Assembly: GCF_038025025.1 (NCBI RefSeq)
Contig: NW_027117341.1
Coordinates: forward strand, 372,001-436,000
DNA: 64,000 nt
Direction: 5' to 3'
Origin: Phyllosticta citribraziliensis
Taxonomy: Eukaryota
The position numbers and the translations under genes were made by a program. Of this stretch, positions 11,959 through 22,450 are shown one piece after another. The notes beneath the pieces are model-generated. The model was given only the letters and a program-made list of their open reading frames with translations, did not search any database and was not told the DNA's origin. Position 1 is the first letter of the stretch. Every line of letters starts with the position of its first letter.

Positions 11959-13014
11959 GTGGGTTGGTTGGTGGTGGGTGGGTTGTGTTGCAACGACAGA
12001 CAGACAGCGAGTGAGCGAGTGAGCGAGAAAGCCATACTATCCTTCGTGAATCGAGCAACTTATTCGTCTACCCCGTCTACCCCGTCTACTCCAACATCTT
12101 CGTACCCGACAGCAGCGCAGCGCAGAACAACAGCCTCAAGTCTCCAGTCTCAGAAGGGCCAGCGCAGGGCAAAGGAGACCATTTCCATTTCATGCCATGC
12201 GTCCGCCCGCGTCTGTCTGTCTCTTGCCTGTCTAGTCTGACAAGACCGTCGGTCTGGAAAAGGTGGTTGGTAGTCTTGAGGTATGAAAGTACCTACATGC
12301 CATCCATACCCACCGCACCGTCATCGCCGTCACCACTACCGCCGCACCCATTCATTTGCCCTGATTTACTCTCACCCACCGGCTTCCCCACAACCACCGG
12401 CATTCCCTCCGCATATCCACGACCTTGCCCATCTGTCTATACACGCCTCGCATACGCACGCACGCACGCACCACTCCTCCCGCAGCTGACGCACGCAACC
12501 GAAGAAGAACCCAAATAAATAGCAAGTTCCCATCCATCCATCCATCCATCCATTCGACGCCATTCTTCAATCCGTTTTCACGACTACTCCCAGCGCTGTG
12601 TGCCGTCTGTGCGAAGAAAGAAGGAAGGTAAGACGCTCCGGAAGAAAAAAGAGTAGTGATAAAAGGGGACGAGGGAGAAAGAGATGGAAAAAGAGAGAAA
12701 AACCTTCATGAAACGACAAGGAGAGCAACTGGAAGAGAAGGAGAAAGGTCATCGGAAGGCTCGTACTCGTCTGGCTGGCTGCCGTGGTTGCCAATCAACC
12801 GAACAAACTCCCAGTGCCGACAGAAAGTGAACAAGGAGTTTGGGAAGCATGGAGCGCATGACGCGGCCTTTTGTTTGAGCAAGGGCTCTTGGCCTCAAGC
12901 CTCAAACTCTAGCCGCGTTCCCCCAAATCTGCCCACGAGTTCCGCCATGCATTGCCTTGTCCAGAGTTCGCCGAGGTTGACGTCGAGTAGGGTAGAGGCA
13001 AAGCTCAACAGCAC

Positions 13015-15489
13015 TCATGCCAGGTAACCGAGATCCGCATCTTCGCCCTCCAGGCGCTCAAGGTACTCCTTCTCGAGCAGAATGTCTATGCACTTCTTGA
13101 TGTCTGCCACCTTTGGTGTGAAGCGAGAGCTGATCTGCTTGATGGTCTCGCTGACAAGCTGCTGGTGCTTCATCTTCTTGCGCGACTTCATGATGCGGAC
13201 AATAGCGGACTGCACACGTCAGTTTGTGATAAGCAGGAATAGAACACCCAAACTCACCTGCATCAGGAGCTTCCGGTCCTCCTCAATTGTCTTGTGGGTG
13301 TCTTCCACTTCTTGCTTCTGCTCCGACTTGATACCAATGTTGAGGTTCAACTTCAACTTCTTGTTCTTGTAGCCGTGGTTGAGGTTGAACGTCGTGCCGG
13401 GACCCGGCTTGGCATTGTCCGGCGAAATGGTCAGCACCTTCGCCTTGAGACACACTGCTACGCTAGGATCAAGTGTTGCGGCGTCCAGCTTGGTGGCTTC
13501 CTGGATATCCTCGTACGAAAGCGAGTCTGTATCGTTGAAGAGAAGCAGGATGGCCATTTGGTAGGTGGACACTTGGAAGATGGGCGACGCCTTGCTGCCG
13601 GGAACCTTGAGATAATTGGCGCGAATCTCACCCTTGCACAGCTGCCACAGCCACGTGAGCTTGCGTCCGGAGTGCTTGCTGCCGTAAAAGTTGTTGAACC
13701 GCTCGTACGTCTTGACAATGACTTGAGGCGGCGCAAAAGGAGTCGTGGGCGGATTCAGCGGCCAGAAGCCAGTGCCCAGAATGTGATAGGATGCATCGAC
13801 GGCATTCTTCCTGTCCTCATCGTCCAAGTTCCCGCCCTGCCATTCCTTAAATGCAGAGTTCAAATCCTTGGAAATCTGCATGTCCTGGAACATGCGCTGC
13901 AGCTTGTTGGTGTACTCGAAGCCGCAAGCGTCCTTGAGCTTTGCGATCATGGATGTCTCGGCATCGTCCGAGGCCGAATTCGTGTTGACCAGACGCTTGG
14001 CGAGCATGCGAGAGTAAAACTTTTGGAACACGTCCTTGTCCTCAATGTACTTGAAGATGGTCATAATCTCCGACTGCTTCTTCTCCATGTCGTCCTCCTC
14101 GGACATTTTGGCGCCAGACTTTTTGAGCAGAGCATCCGTGTACTTGGCAAGCAGCTCCGGAGACTTGGTGGAGCCGGACTTGCAAATCTTGTTGCGGTTG
14201 ACAAACTCTCGGCAGGCATTGTCGAGCGAACGGACAAACTCGGACTCGCCGGTAAAGGCCTTGTTTACTAGGTCCTGGTACTGCGTGTGCACTTCCAGGA
14301 GAGCTTCGACATAAACCTTGGGCTCGAGGTCGTCGGTCGCAACCTTTTCAATCGCGGACAGGCCTGCTTTGCGGACGTGGTTCTCGAAACGCGTACGAAG
14401 AGGGTCCAGGCCGTTGGGGATGCGGGCAAGCAGTCGATACATTCTCGCGAGGTCATCGATGCGGTCCTGGTCGAGCAAAAGCTGAAACTCTTCGCGGAGA
14501 GCTTGAGAGTGGTCTGCTATCAGCACAGTCTCGCAAGCCTTCATGAGGGGAGACATGATGTCGTCAAGCAGGTACAAGGGCACACGCTCCTTTTCTTCCT
14601 CCAAACGCGCCTCGGCCTTCTTCATGTAATCAACCACGCTGTTCTCGGCAAGGAAGCGACGCGACTCCTCCTTGTAGTAAGCCGCCGTGGCGTCCAGGAA
14701 CGGCTGCTCGAAAAACTCCTTGTAAACGTCGAGGGTTGTCTTTTGCGTGTCCGACTCGTCGAGGCCAAGCGAGACGAACGAATCCACTACGCTCTTGATC
14801 TGGGCCTGCTCGATGGTCTCGCCATTCCGTTGCTTCTCAACCAGGCGGAGCACGGCCTTCATGACGTTTTCCTGCGTGGCCAAGAACATGTCCTCCTTCC
14901 ACCGCACCAGGTGCAGCGTGTAAATGTCGTAAATGTTCTTCTTGCCCTCGTCCATTTCCCGCTTGACCCAGTGACGGTTCAGGTAGCGGAAGAGGTGGTT
15001 GTTGTACTGGCCGGCCATCGTGTATCGGTTCCATTCCTTGATGTAAAAGGTGAGCAGCGCCTCGTCAGTGTGGGCCTTTGATGCCTCGAGAACTTGGCTA
15101 AGATGGGTCTTGAGGTATTCGATTAAGTGGTTGTACAAGTCCTCGCCAAGGAGATGTGCTGCGTCTTGTGTGTTAGATCAAAAGTGGCAGTAGGTATGAT
15201 TCGACCTACCACCTCCCCGGCTATGGCTGCCGCCGGTTGTGAAGCCCCCACTGCTACCCTGCACGGCCTTTTGATGGGTACAAAAGTTGTGGATAGCGGT
15301 ATAGAGACCCATGTATGTCTTCATATCGATTCCTTCGCGGAGATCGGCCATGATTCGATCCACGCCCGCCTGCAAGTAGGTCCATCTGCAACAATCAGCT
15401 GGGGACACAGCGACCAAATGTGGACCAGAGCACACTTACGTGCCGGTGGAGTCATCCTTGTTCGGCATGGGGGGCATGGGCGACGGCAT
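13015..15489 (-). CDS. CUL1: Cullin-1 (SCF scaffold, Cdc53/CulA)
   Basis: [61 protein letters not shown] and the neddylation motif IVRIMKSRK; three introns. Confidence 0.97.
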
Positions 15490-15896
15490 CTTGGCGGCTT
15501 GGGAACGAGTCTGGATAAGCGGTGCCGCTATGAGTGGAGTTTGAGAGACGACGGAATTCCAAGGAGGGTGTGTGACGAGGGCCGGGAAGAGGACGGAGGG
15601 TGGAGGAGAGGCGAGGGCGGAAGGGAAGGCGTGGGATCGAGGCGTGGAAGCTGCGGGGGTGGTTGAGTTGGATCAAGATGGTGGTTGTGGTTGGTTCGCA
15701 CGCGCTTCGAGGGTGACGACGGAGTCGCGGGCAGGCGCGCAGAGTCGAAGGATCACACGCGTAGATACGGGGTCCTTGTGTGGAGGAGAAGAAGCCTCGG
15801 TCGGCTGGCGAGGGTGGTGGAATGTTGGAGGAGAGACTGTGGGGAGCGAAAGACGATAGGATAGGGCAGGCCAGAGGGATGCAGAACAGTCAGGTA

Positions 15897-15924
15897 AGGT
15901 AGGTAGGTAGGTAGGTAGGTAGGT
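15897..15924. repeat. (AGGT)7 microsatellite upstream of CUL1
   Basis: Direct inspection. Confidence 0.85.
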
Positions 15925-16348
15925 AATGTAATGGTGGTAGGGCCGGGGCGACGGCGTGAGGGCTCTGGGCGCAAGCACCCCCAAGTCAACCAAGTCAAGT
16001 CAACCTGACGACGGCACCACGTCGGCAACTTCCGTCCCTCAGCCCTACCGTATACCTCTCGGTTGGCATTCATTATTCACTTTGACATGCTCAGTCCTCG
16101 TTCCTGGTGCCTTTGTCGTGCTGATTCCATGTTGGCACTTCTGTTGCGCCGTTGACTTTGCTGACAAAGCCTGCGTCACCCAACCTTCAACTCACGGCAC
16201 CACCGCACACCCGACATCGCCTCGCCTCGCCTCGCCATCCCCTCCGCATTGCCATCGGATCCGTTCGCCGCCCAAGCCTCAACAAAGTCTGCAATCGTCT
16301 TGACTCGCCACTCGTCATCTCCATCGTCATACCCAAGCCCACCCGGCT

Positions 16349-16897
16349 TCAAACATCATCGACCGCCGGCCCCGCACCCCCATACACCGGATCCCTCTCC
16401 AACCACCGCAGCCCCTTGATGCCCTCGACCTGCCTCTCCTCCCCTCCCTTTCCGTAGCACATGTCCCAGTGGCATCCCCGTGGGTAGCTGCCCACCATCT
16501 CGAATCCGCCCTCGACGTCTTCGACCAGCCGGTGCCCTACCCCGGCCGGCACAACGACAACGTCGCCTTTGCTCACCACCGCCTCGATCCGCCCCTCGTT
16601 GCCTTCTCCGCCGAAGCATAGCCGGGCTTTGCCTTGGCTGATGGCGAGCACCTCGTGCGTCGTGCTGTGAAAGTGCGTCGTCGAGTACATTGTGTATCGC
16701 CATTGCGGCACCACGGCGCCCGCCGCCGACAGCGCAGCTTCAACGGCCGACGCTGATGCCGTGGCCGGGAACGCCGAGTGGTAGATCAGAAGCGGCTTGT
16801 GCTGGATTGAAGTGTTGGGGATATCGTGCCAAGCGGGTATTTGATGTTTGCTGACGCGCAGGGACGACAGCGGCGTTGGCGTGATTTTGGGCACCAT
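16349..16897 (-). CDS. Cupin-domain protein (YjlB-like)
   Basis: ATG 16897 (MVPKITPTPL); cupin motifs HFHSTTHEVL and GDVVVVPAGVGH, then MVGSYP and DPVYG; intronless. Confidence 0.88.
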   Translation of the reverse strand: MVPKITPTPLSSLRVSKHQIPAWHDIPNTSIQHKPLLIYHSAFPATASASAVEAALSAAGAVVPQWRYTMYSTTHFHSTTHEVLAISQGKARLCFGGEGNEGRIEAVVSKGDVVVVPAGVGHRLVEDVEGGFEMVGSYPRGCHWDMCYGKGGEERQVEGIKGLRWLERDPVYGGAGPAVDDV

Positions 16898-17481
16898 GTT
16901 TTCTGGTGGCGCAGTGGGCCTGATTGTCTGTTGAGCTCGGATGAGGTGCTCTGGGAAGCTTCGTACGTGCGGCAAGCGTTTCTTGATGTTGAACACTCGG
17001 TATCTTGAATGCCCTGGGTGACTGAATGGATTGAAGAGAGACACGCGACCTGAGGATGCATGAGTTCCATCGTCCCGCCAACCCGGACATACGTCATAGC
17101 CATATCGATAAGAAAGCTTCAATCAGATTTCTCGGCGCCTTACATGTCAGGTTTGGACGTCTTTCGCATTCAGTAGAAATGGTGCGACAACATTAAACTC
17201 ACTGGTAAAAGTTCAAAAGCCAACACATGTCTCAGCAAAAGAATAGGCGGGCCCAAGACTCCCTGGCCTGTGGTATAGGGCAATAAGCCGGAACGCCGTC
17301 CAACTCCACCATGGCCACCGCCCACGACGCCCAATCCTCCGTCTCGACCCTAGGCCAAGATGCGCAACATGTAAACAGAAAATATCCAATGGAGCCAGAC
17401 GTACCAAGAAAAGATGGAATGCAAAAAACCAACAAGGCCGACTAAGAGTACACGCGCGCGAGAAAGAGAGGCCTATTCACT

Positions 17482-18605
17482 CTACCTCTTCAATGCCGCC
17501 TCGTATATGCTGGCCAGTGCTCCAATGCCTGCGCCAATGAGGATGCCGTTGGTACCTCCTGGAAGAGAGTCCTTGACGACGTCGGCCGAGAATTCGCCAA
17601 CAAGTCCTGCGAATTTAATACCCTGCGAGTAGACGAGATATGAAATCAGGGCCTTGGCGACGTTGAAGCTCAAGGGATCAGCCTGGTAAGATGGCTTATT
17701 TGTGCCTTCCGACCTGCCGGATTGGAGCGTAAAGTTGAAAAAGTATCCAAAGAAGAGGGGAACCAAGAGGCTTGTGCTTGCCCACAGCAGCGACGGTCCC
17801 CAGAACTCGCTGGTCAGAAGAGCAAACAAATTCGGGAACAGCACAGGCTGCGAAGTTGTCCCAAGAAAGTCCAATGCGGGTATGTCAAAAGCATACTGCC
17901 ATTGCAGGACTTGCTTCTGGAGGTAAAAGGCCTCGAGCAGAATGACGGCGGACTCGACGCCCACGACAGAGCTCAGGGCCTCGCGCACGAGTTGGATCTT
18001 TTCGGTGATGCCCGAATTGGCCCACACGTCGCCCAGCCTGTTGCGTACCACGGCTGTCTGGTTCTCAATGACATTGGTCACGACGGCCGGCGAGGGGGGC
18101 AGAGGGATTTGTTCGGCAACGCGTTGGACAGAACGGGGAGTGCGCGTGGCTACAGGTTTCGCTTCAATCTTGGCTAGGGGACTCGCGTTGTTGTCGTCGC
18201 TGCAGGCGCATCGTCAGCTTGAGTCGCGTTCGACGCGTCGTTGAGGGCACTCACGAATCGACCTCTTCCTTGATCCTGGTGACGCGTCTCCTTGGGCGCG
18301 TCGACCTAGGCTCAACGTCTTGGTCTGCGCGCGACCTTTTGACCGGCGATCCATTGCGCCCATAGTACTCGGCGAATGCGCTGTGGCCGTTGAGGCGGGC
18401 CGAGTTGTCTTTGAGATGCTCGTCGAGGGCAAATACGAGCTCCTCCTTGAGCAAGCCCTCATATCTGCAAACATTCAGCATTCACGGCAGCTTGCGGAGA
18501 GCTTCGGCAGCGCGTCGCGCGATGATTGTCGTACCCAGTAAGCCCTGCCTCTTCGGCCAGGGAAGCAAGCTCGGCCTTGCGCTGCTTTTGAAGCCACGAT
18601 GACAT
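17482..18605 (-). CDS. Conserved fungal membrane protein, GTT3-like family (small N-terminal helical domain, C-terminal TM helices)
   Basis: MSSWLQKQRKAELASLAEEAGLTG|YEGLLKEELVFALDEHL; introns near 18535-18465 and 18254-18201; hydrophobic C-terminus PLFFGYFFNFT...DPLSFNVAKALISYLV...ASIYEAAL. Family name is from recall. Confidence 0.75.
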
Positions 18606-19331
18606 GTTCGAAGGTGGTATAGATGGTGGCGCGCGACGGAGGCAGTGTTGGAGATGGAGATGGAAGCTTCAAAATGGCGGTGGGAGCAAGTCGTTGGAGG
18701 GTGGTGGGTCTGATGCTGGGGGAGCGGAGCGCGAGCAACATGGAGCTGGCTCGGGTCGTCGTTTTTGGCAAGAAACAAAACAAGCGGCCCTTAGTCAGCG
18801 GAACCCCGCGTCGAACATGAATGCAGCCATGCCTGTGGTGTTCCTCTGCTGTTGTTTGACTGCTTCGTCTTCATTGTGAAGTCTGTGGAATTCCGGAGAG
18901 TGCGTCAGTGATCCAGGCCGTCGTCTCCGTCCATGCGAGCCGTTGTCGATCCAAAAGTCGTCCATTTCCTCTCGACTTGCAATCGAGGTCCATATAGAGT
19001 GCAGAGAAGGGCTGAATTGAGATCTGACAAGCATCCAGGCGGAGGCGGCGGCGGGAGCCCAGATGCAGCGTCGGGGCCGTGGTTGGTGCCGGCAGAGCGA
19101 TGACGCGCCGGCCAGGCCAAAAAAGCTGCCGGGGCCGCCGAAAATAATGTTACCCACTACATCGGTCCCAGCACCACAACCAATCCACTTCAACCCATTT
19201 CCCACCCACCCCGTCACGACAAGCTTGCTTTTGCGCCCTCCCGTCTACCTTACCCGCTATCTCGAGCGAGAGAACTCACCTCCCTACCCGCGCCAAACAC
19301 AGACGCAGTGCGCCACCGCGTCTAGTCCTCT

Positions 19332-20750
19332 ATGGTACTTGCCCGCGTGGCCGACTTCTTCACCTCGCCCGGATCAGCAAAGGCGCAAACAGGAGACAAT
19401 GGACGGGAGGGCAGGTCGCTTGACATTGGACACGCGGTTGCATCAAATATGACTGTTGCGGCGGATGAGGAAGAGGAGGATGACTACGAGACAGCGCGGC
19501 CGCCTTACATCCATGTGAGACCCAGCGCAGGCGTTCGTTCTTTTGATCAAGAAAAGGCGAGCTTCCAATGGAGGACACGGATCGCTGACATTCATGACGA
19601 CTGTAGGCGATGCTGGCTGGAGGTTTGGGCGGCACCACAGGAGACATGCTGATGCACTCGCTTGATACCATCAAGACGAGGCAGCAAGGCGACCCGCACA
19701 TGCCTCCCAAATACACTTCCATGGGATCGACATATTACACCATTTGGCGTCAAGAAGGACTAATTAGAGGCTTATACGGCGGCGTGATACCAGCGTTTCT
19801 TGGTTCCTTCTCTGGCACCGTCATCTTTTTTGGGTCGTACGAGTGGATAAAGCGGGCCATGGTTGACGTGGGCGTTGCGCCGCCAATCGCATACTTTACC
19901 GGAGGTTAGTCGCAGTATCCTGAGCTGTTGGCGATTCCGTACTTACGCCGCTCGACCGACAGGCTTGATCGCAGATCTTTGCGCGGCGCCGTTATACGTT
20001 CCTTCCGAGGTGCTTAAGACGCGATTACAGCTCCAGGGACGCTACAACAACCCCTACTTCAAGTCTGGATACAACTACCGCGGAACATGGCATGCTGCTC
20101 GCACCATTGTGCGGGCCGAAGGGTGGCACGCTCTCTTCCACGGCTTCAAGGCAACCCTGGCGCGCGACCTGCCCTTCTCCGCCCTTCAATTCGCCTTTTA
20201 CGAGCAAGAGAGAAAAATGGCCAAAGCATGGGTTGGATCCAAGGACATAGGGCTGCCTTTGGAGATTTTGACCGGCGCGACGGCGGGCGGCATGGCGGGC
20301 GTCATAACGTGTCCCCTTGACGTGGTAAAAACGCGGATTCAAACGCAACAGGGCGCGGACACAACGACGACGACAACCCCAGTAGCCAGCAGCAAGGCCT
20401 CGAATCTCGCCGACTCTCACACACCTCCAAAGGCCGGAACGACCGCAAAACACACAACTCCGCCACCGGCCTCAGGCTCCGTCCCGCCACCTCCGCAACA
20501 GCGGCCCATATCGACATCTTCACCCTCCACCACGCTCAAGGCGCACTCGGCCACGACGCTCGACACGTCGTCCATCATCCGCGGCCTGCGCATGATCTAC
20601 CAGACCGAGGGGCTCTGGGGCTGTTTCCGCGGCGTGGGGCCCCGCGGCGTGTGGACTAGCGTCCAGAGCAGCACCATGCTCGTCCTTTACCAAGTCATCC
20701 TGAAGTGGTTCGAGGCGCATCCGCTCGTTGGCCAGGATCCGGAGGTGTAG
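19332..20750 (+). CDS. MME1: Mitochondrial carrier, Mme1 (Mg2+ exporter)-like
   Basis: Three carrier repeats: HSLDTIKTRQQG, PSEVLKTRLQLQG, PLDVVKTRIQTQ; introns ~19515-19606 and ~19905-19962; start at 19332 or ~19449. Confidence 0.85.
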
Positions 20751-21859
20751 AAAATGGATGATGATCATGATGGGTTTGCATGGCCTCGGAGCCCCCCTTC
20801 TTTTCTCATTCGCTTTTCGTCTTCTTGCGAGAGCGGTCGCGTGGTTGTTGGCATTTATGCGTGCGTTTCGTGCGTGCATGCACGGACTCAAGGCTTTAGC
20901 TTTGGTGCTTGCCGTCTTGGTGGTGTTGAAGAGAAATCTTCGGGCATGTTTGGATTTGCATCTTGTCACTGTATGTCACTGTAAACAGAGCAGGGCGGAA
21001 GACCGCGTCGAACTTGTCGTCCCGTTCTATCGTCTTGCATAGTCAGTCAGTCAGTCAATTTCCCGGTGGTCAGATGAAGGTCGGTCTTTGGCAGGAAGCA
21101 GGCAAGAGGAGGCAACACTTGGACATGGAAGGCGGAAAGAATCCTGTAATCATACAAGCCTCCTATCAAGAAAGCTACTGTAGAAGATAGTCAGGTCAGC
21201 AGTGCATTGGGCGGCGTTCTCTCTTTTTTGACTCATCTAGAACGGAGGAAAGCAGAAGTACTGAAAATCCCGGGAGCAAAAATTCCAAGACGACGCACAG
21301 ATCTCCAATCCAGCAAATCATCCTCAATGTCTATCCGTCTGTTGGTCCTTTCGATTATTTGCTGGGCCGCAGCGTTTTCTTTCAGGCCGCTTCCTGCTGT
21401 ATTCTATACTGTCCCGCCACCATCCAGCTTTCATCAACGCCGCCCAGCCACCGCGAGTTGACTCGACTATCGTGGACTGCCCCTGCAGGTGTGTGGCGTT
21501 GCGCGCTCCTATCTCACGGCTCCGACACAGAAGGCTCCCGCAGCCGGCCAGACAGACAGAGAGAAAAGAAGAACTACTTCGCGCGCTATTTCCATCTATC
21601 CGTCCATCTGTCTGCTAGTCAGTCCCATCCCCTCCTCAAGTCGGACCAACCCCCGATTTTCGAGCCCCAAGACCCGGGCTCGTTGCGCGTGACCTGGTTA
21701 CCCGAGCAGATTTTCCCCCTCTCCCCTTCACTTCGTCTCCCTTTCCCTTCTCTCCTCGCCCAAGACACTCCACTTTGACGCAAGTGACTGCGGTGTAGCA
21801 ACCTTTGGTCTCACACAAGAAGGCAGTCACGCATCTCCTCCATTCCCATCACCACGGAG

Positions 21860-22450
21860 AGCAAGTGAGTCAGCTCAACAGTCTGTTCGCATCCCTTCCA
21901 CACAGCACCAGTGAAAGTCACTCTTCGGTTCTTATTAGTCGCAACTCGCCGGTCGTCAGTCGTCCGTTGTGTCACCTCTCTCGGCCGTGCTGCGCCGCAA
22001 CAAAGTGGGAAGCGCAGGGAGTATTGAGTGTCGTGAAGCAGAGGGGGTGTCTGTCTCAGTGCGTCGAGTATCTCATTCTAGTACTGTCAGGGGAAAAAAA
22101 CGAAGGGAAGGCAAGGCATTGTCTCGCTCGCGTTCAAGTCGCAACTCGACGTTCGACGACCATTGTTGTTCGTCGCTCTGTGGCTCGTCGGACGTCTCCT
22201 GTGTCACCTCTCTCGGCTGCGCCGCAACGTAGTCGAAGCGCAGGAAGGAGTGAGTGTCGTGAAGCAGAGGGATGTCTGTCTCGAAGCGTCGAACATTTCA
22301 TTCTCGCACTGTCAGGGAGAAAACGAAGACAAGACAGGGCAAGTCAAGTCAAGTCATTGTTTCGCTCAAATCCAAGTCGCAACTCGTCGTTCGTCGTCCA
22401 TCGCCGTCGTCGCTCTGCGGCTCGTCAGTCGTCCCCCTGTGTCACCCACA
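21860..22450. repeat. Diverged tandem repeat, ~235-bp unit, ~2.5 copies
   Basis: AGTCGCAACTCG at 21937, 22137, 22375; TGTGTCACC at 21968, 22200, 22438; TGAGTGTCGTGAAGCAGAGGG and ACTGTCAGGG each occur twice at the same spacing. Confidence 0.85.

Noticed and set aside
13294..15081. Plus-strand ORFs of 325 and 264 aa
   Set aside because: Antisense shadows of CUL1.
16349..16897. Recent bacterial transfer of the intronless cupin
   Set aside because: Composition matches its neighbours and there are no mobility signs; lacking introns is not evidence of transfer.
21937..22450. CRISPR-like array
   Set aside because: Eukaryotic context; the sequences between conserved blocks are homologous to each other, not unique spacers.
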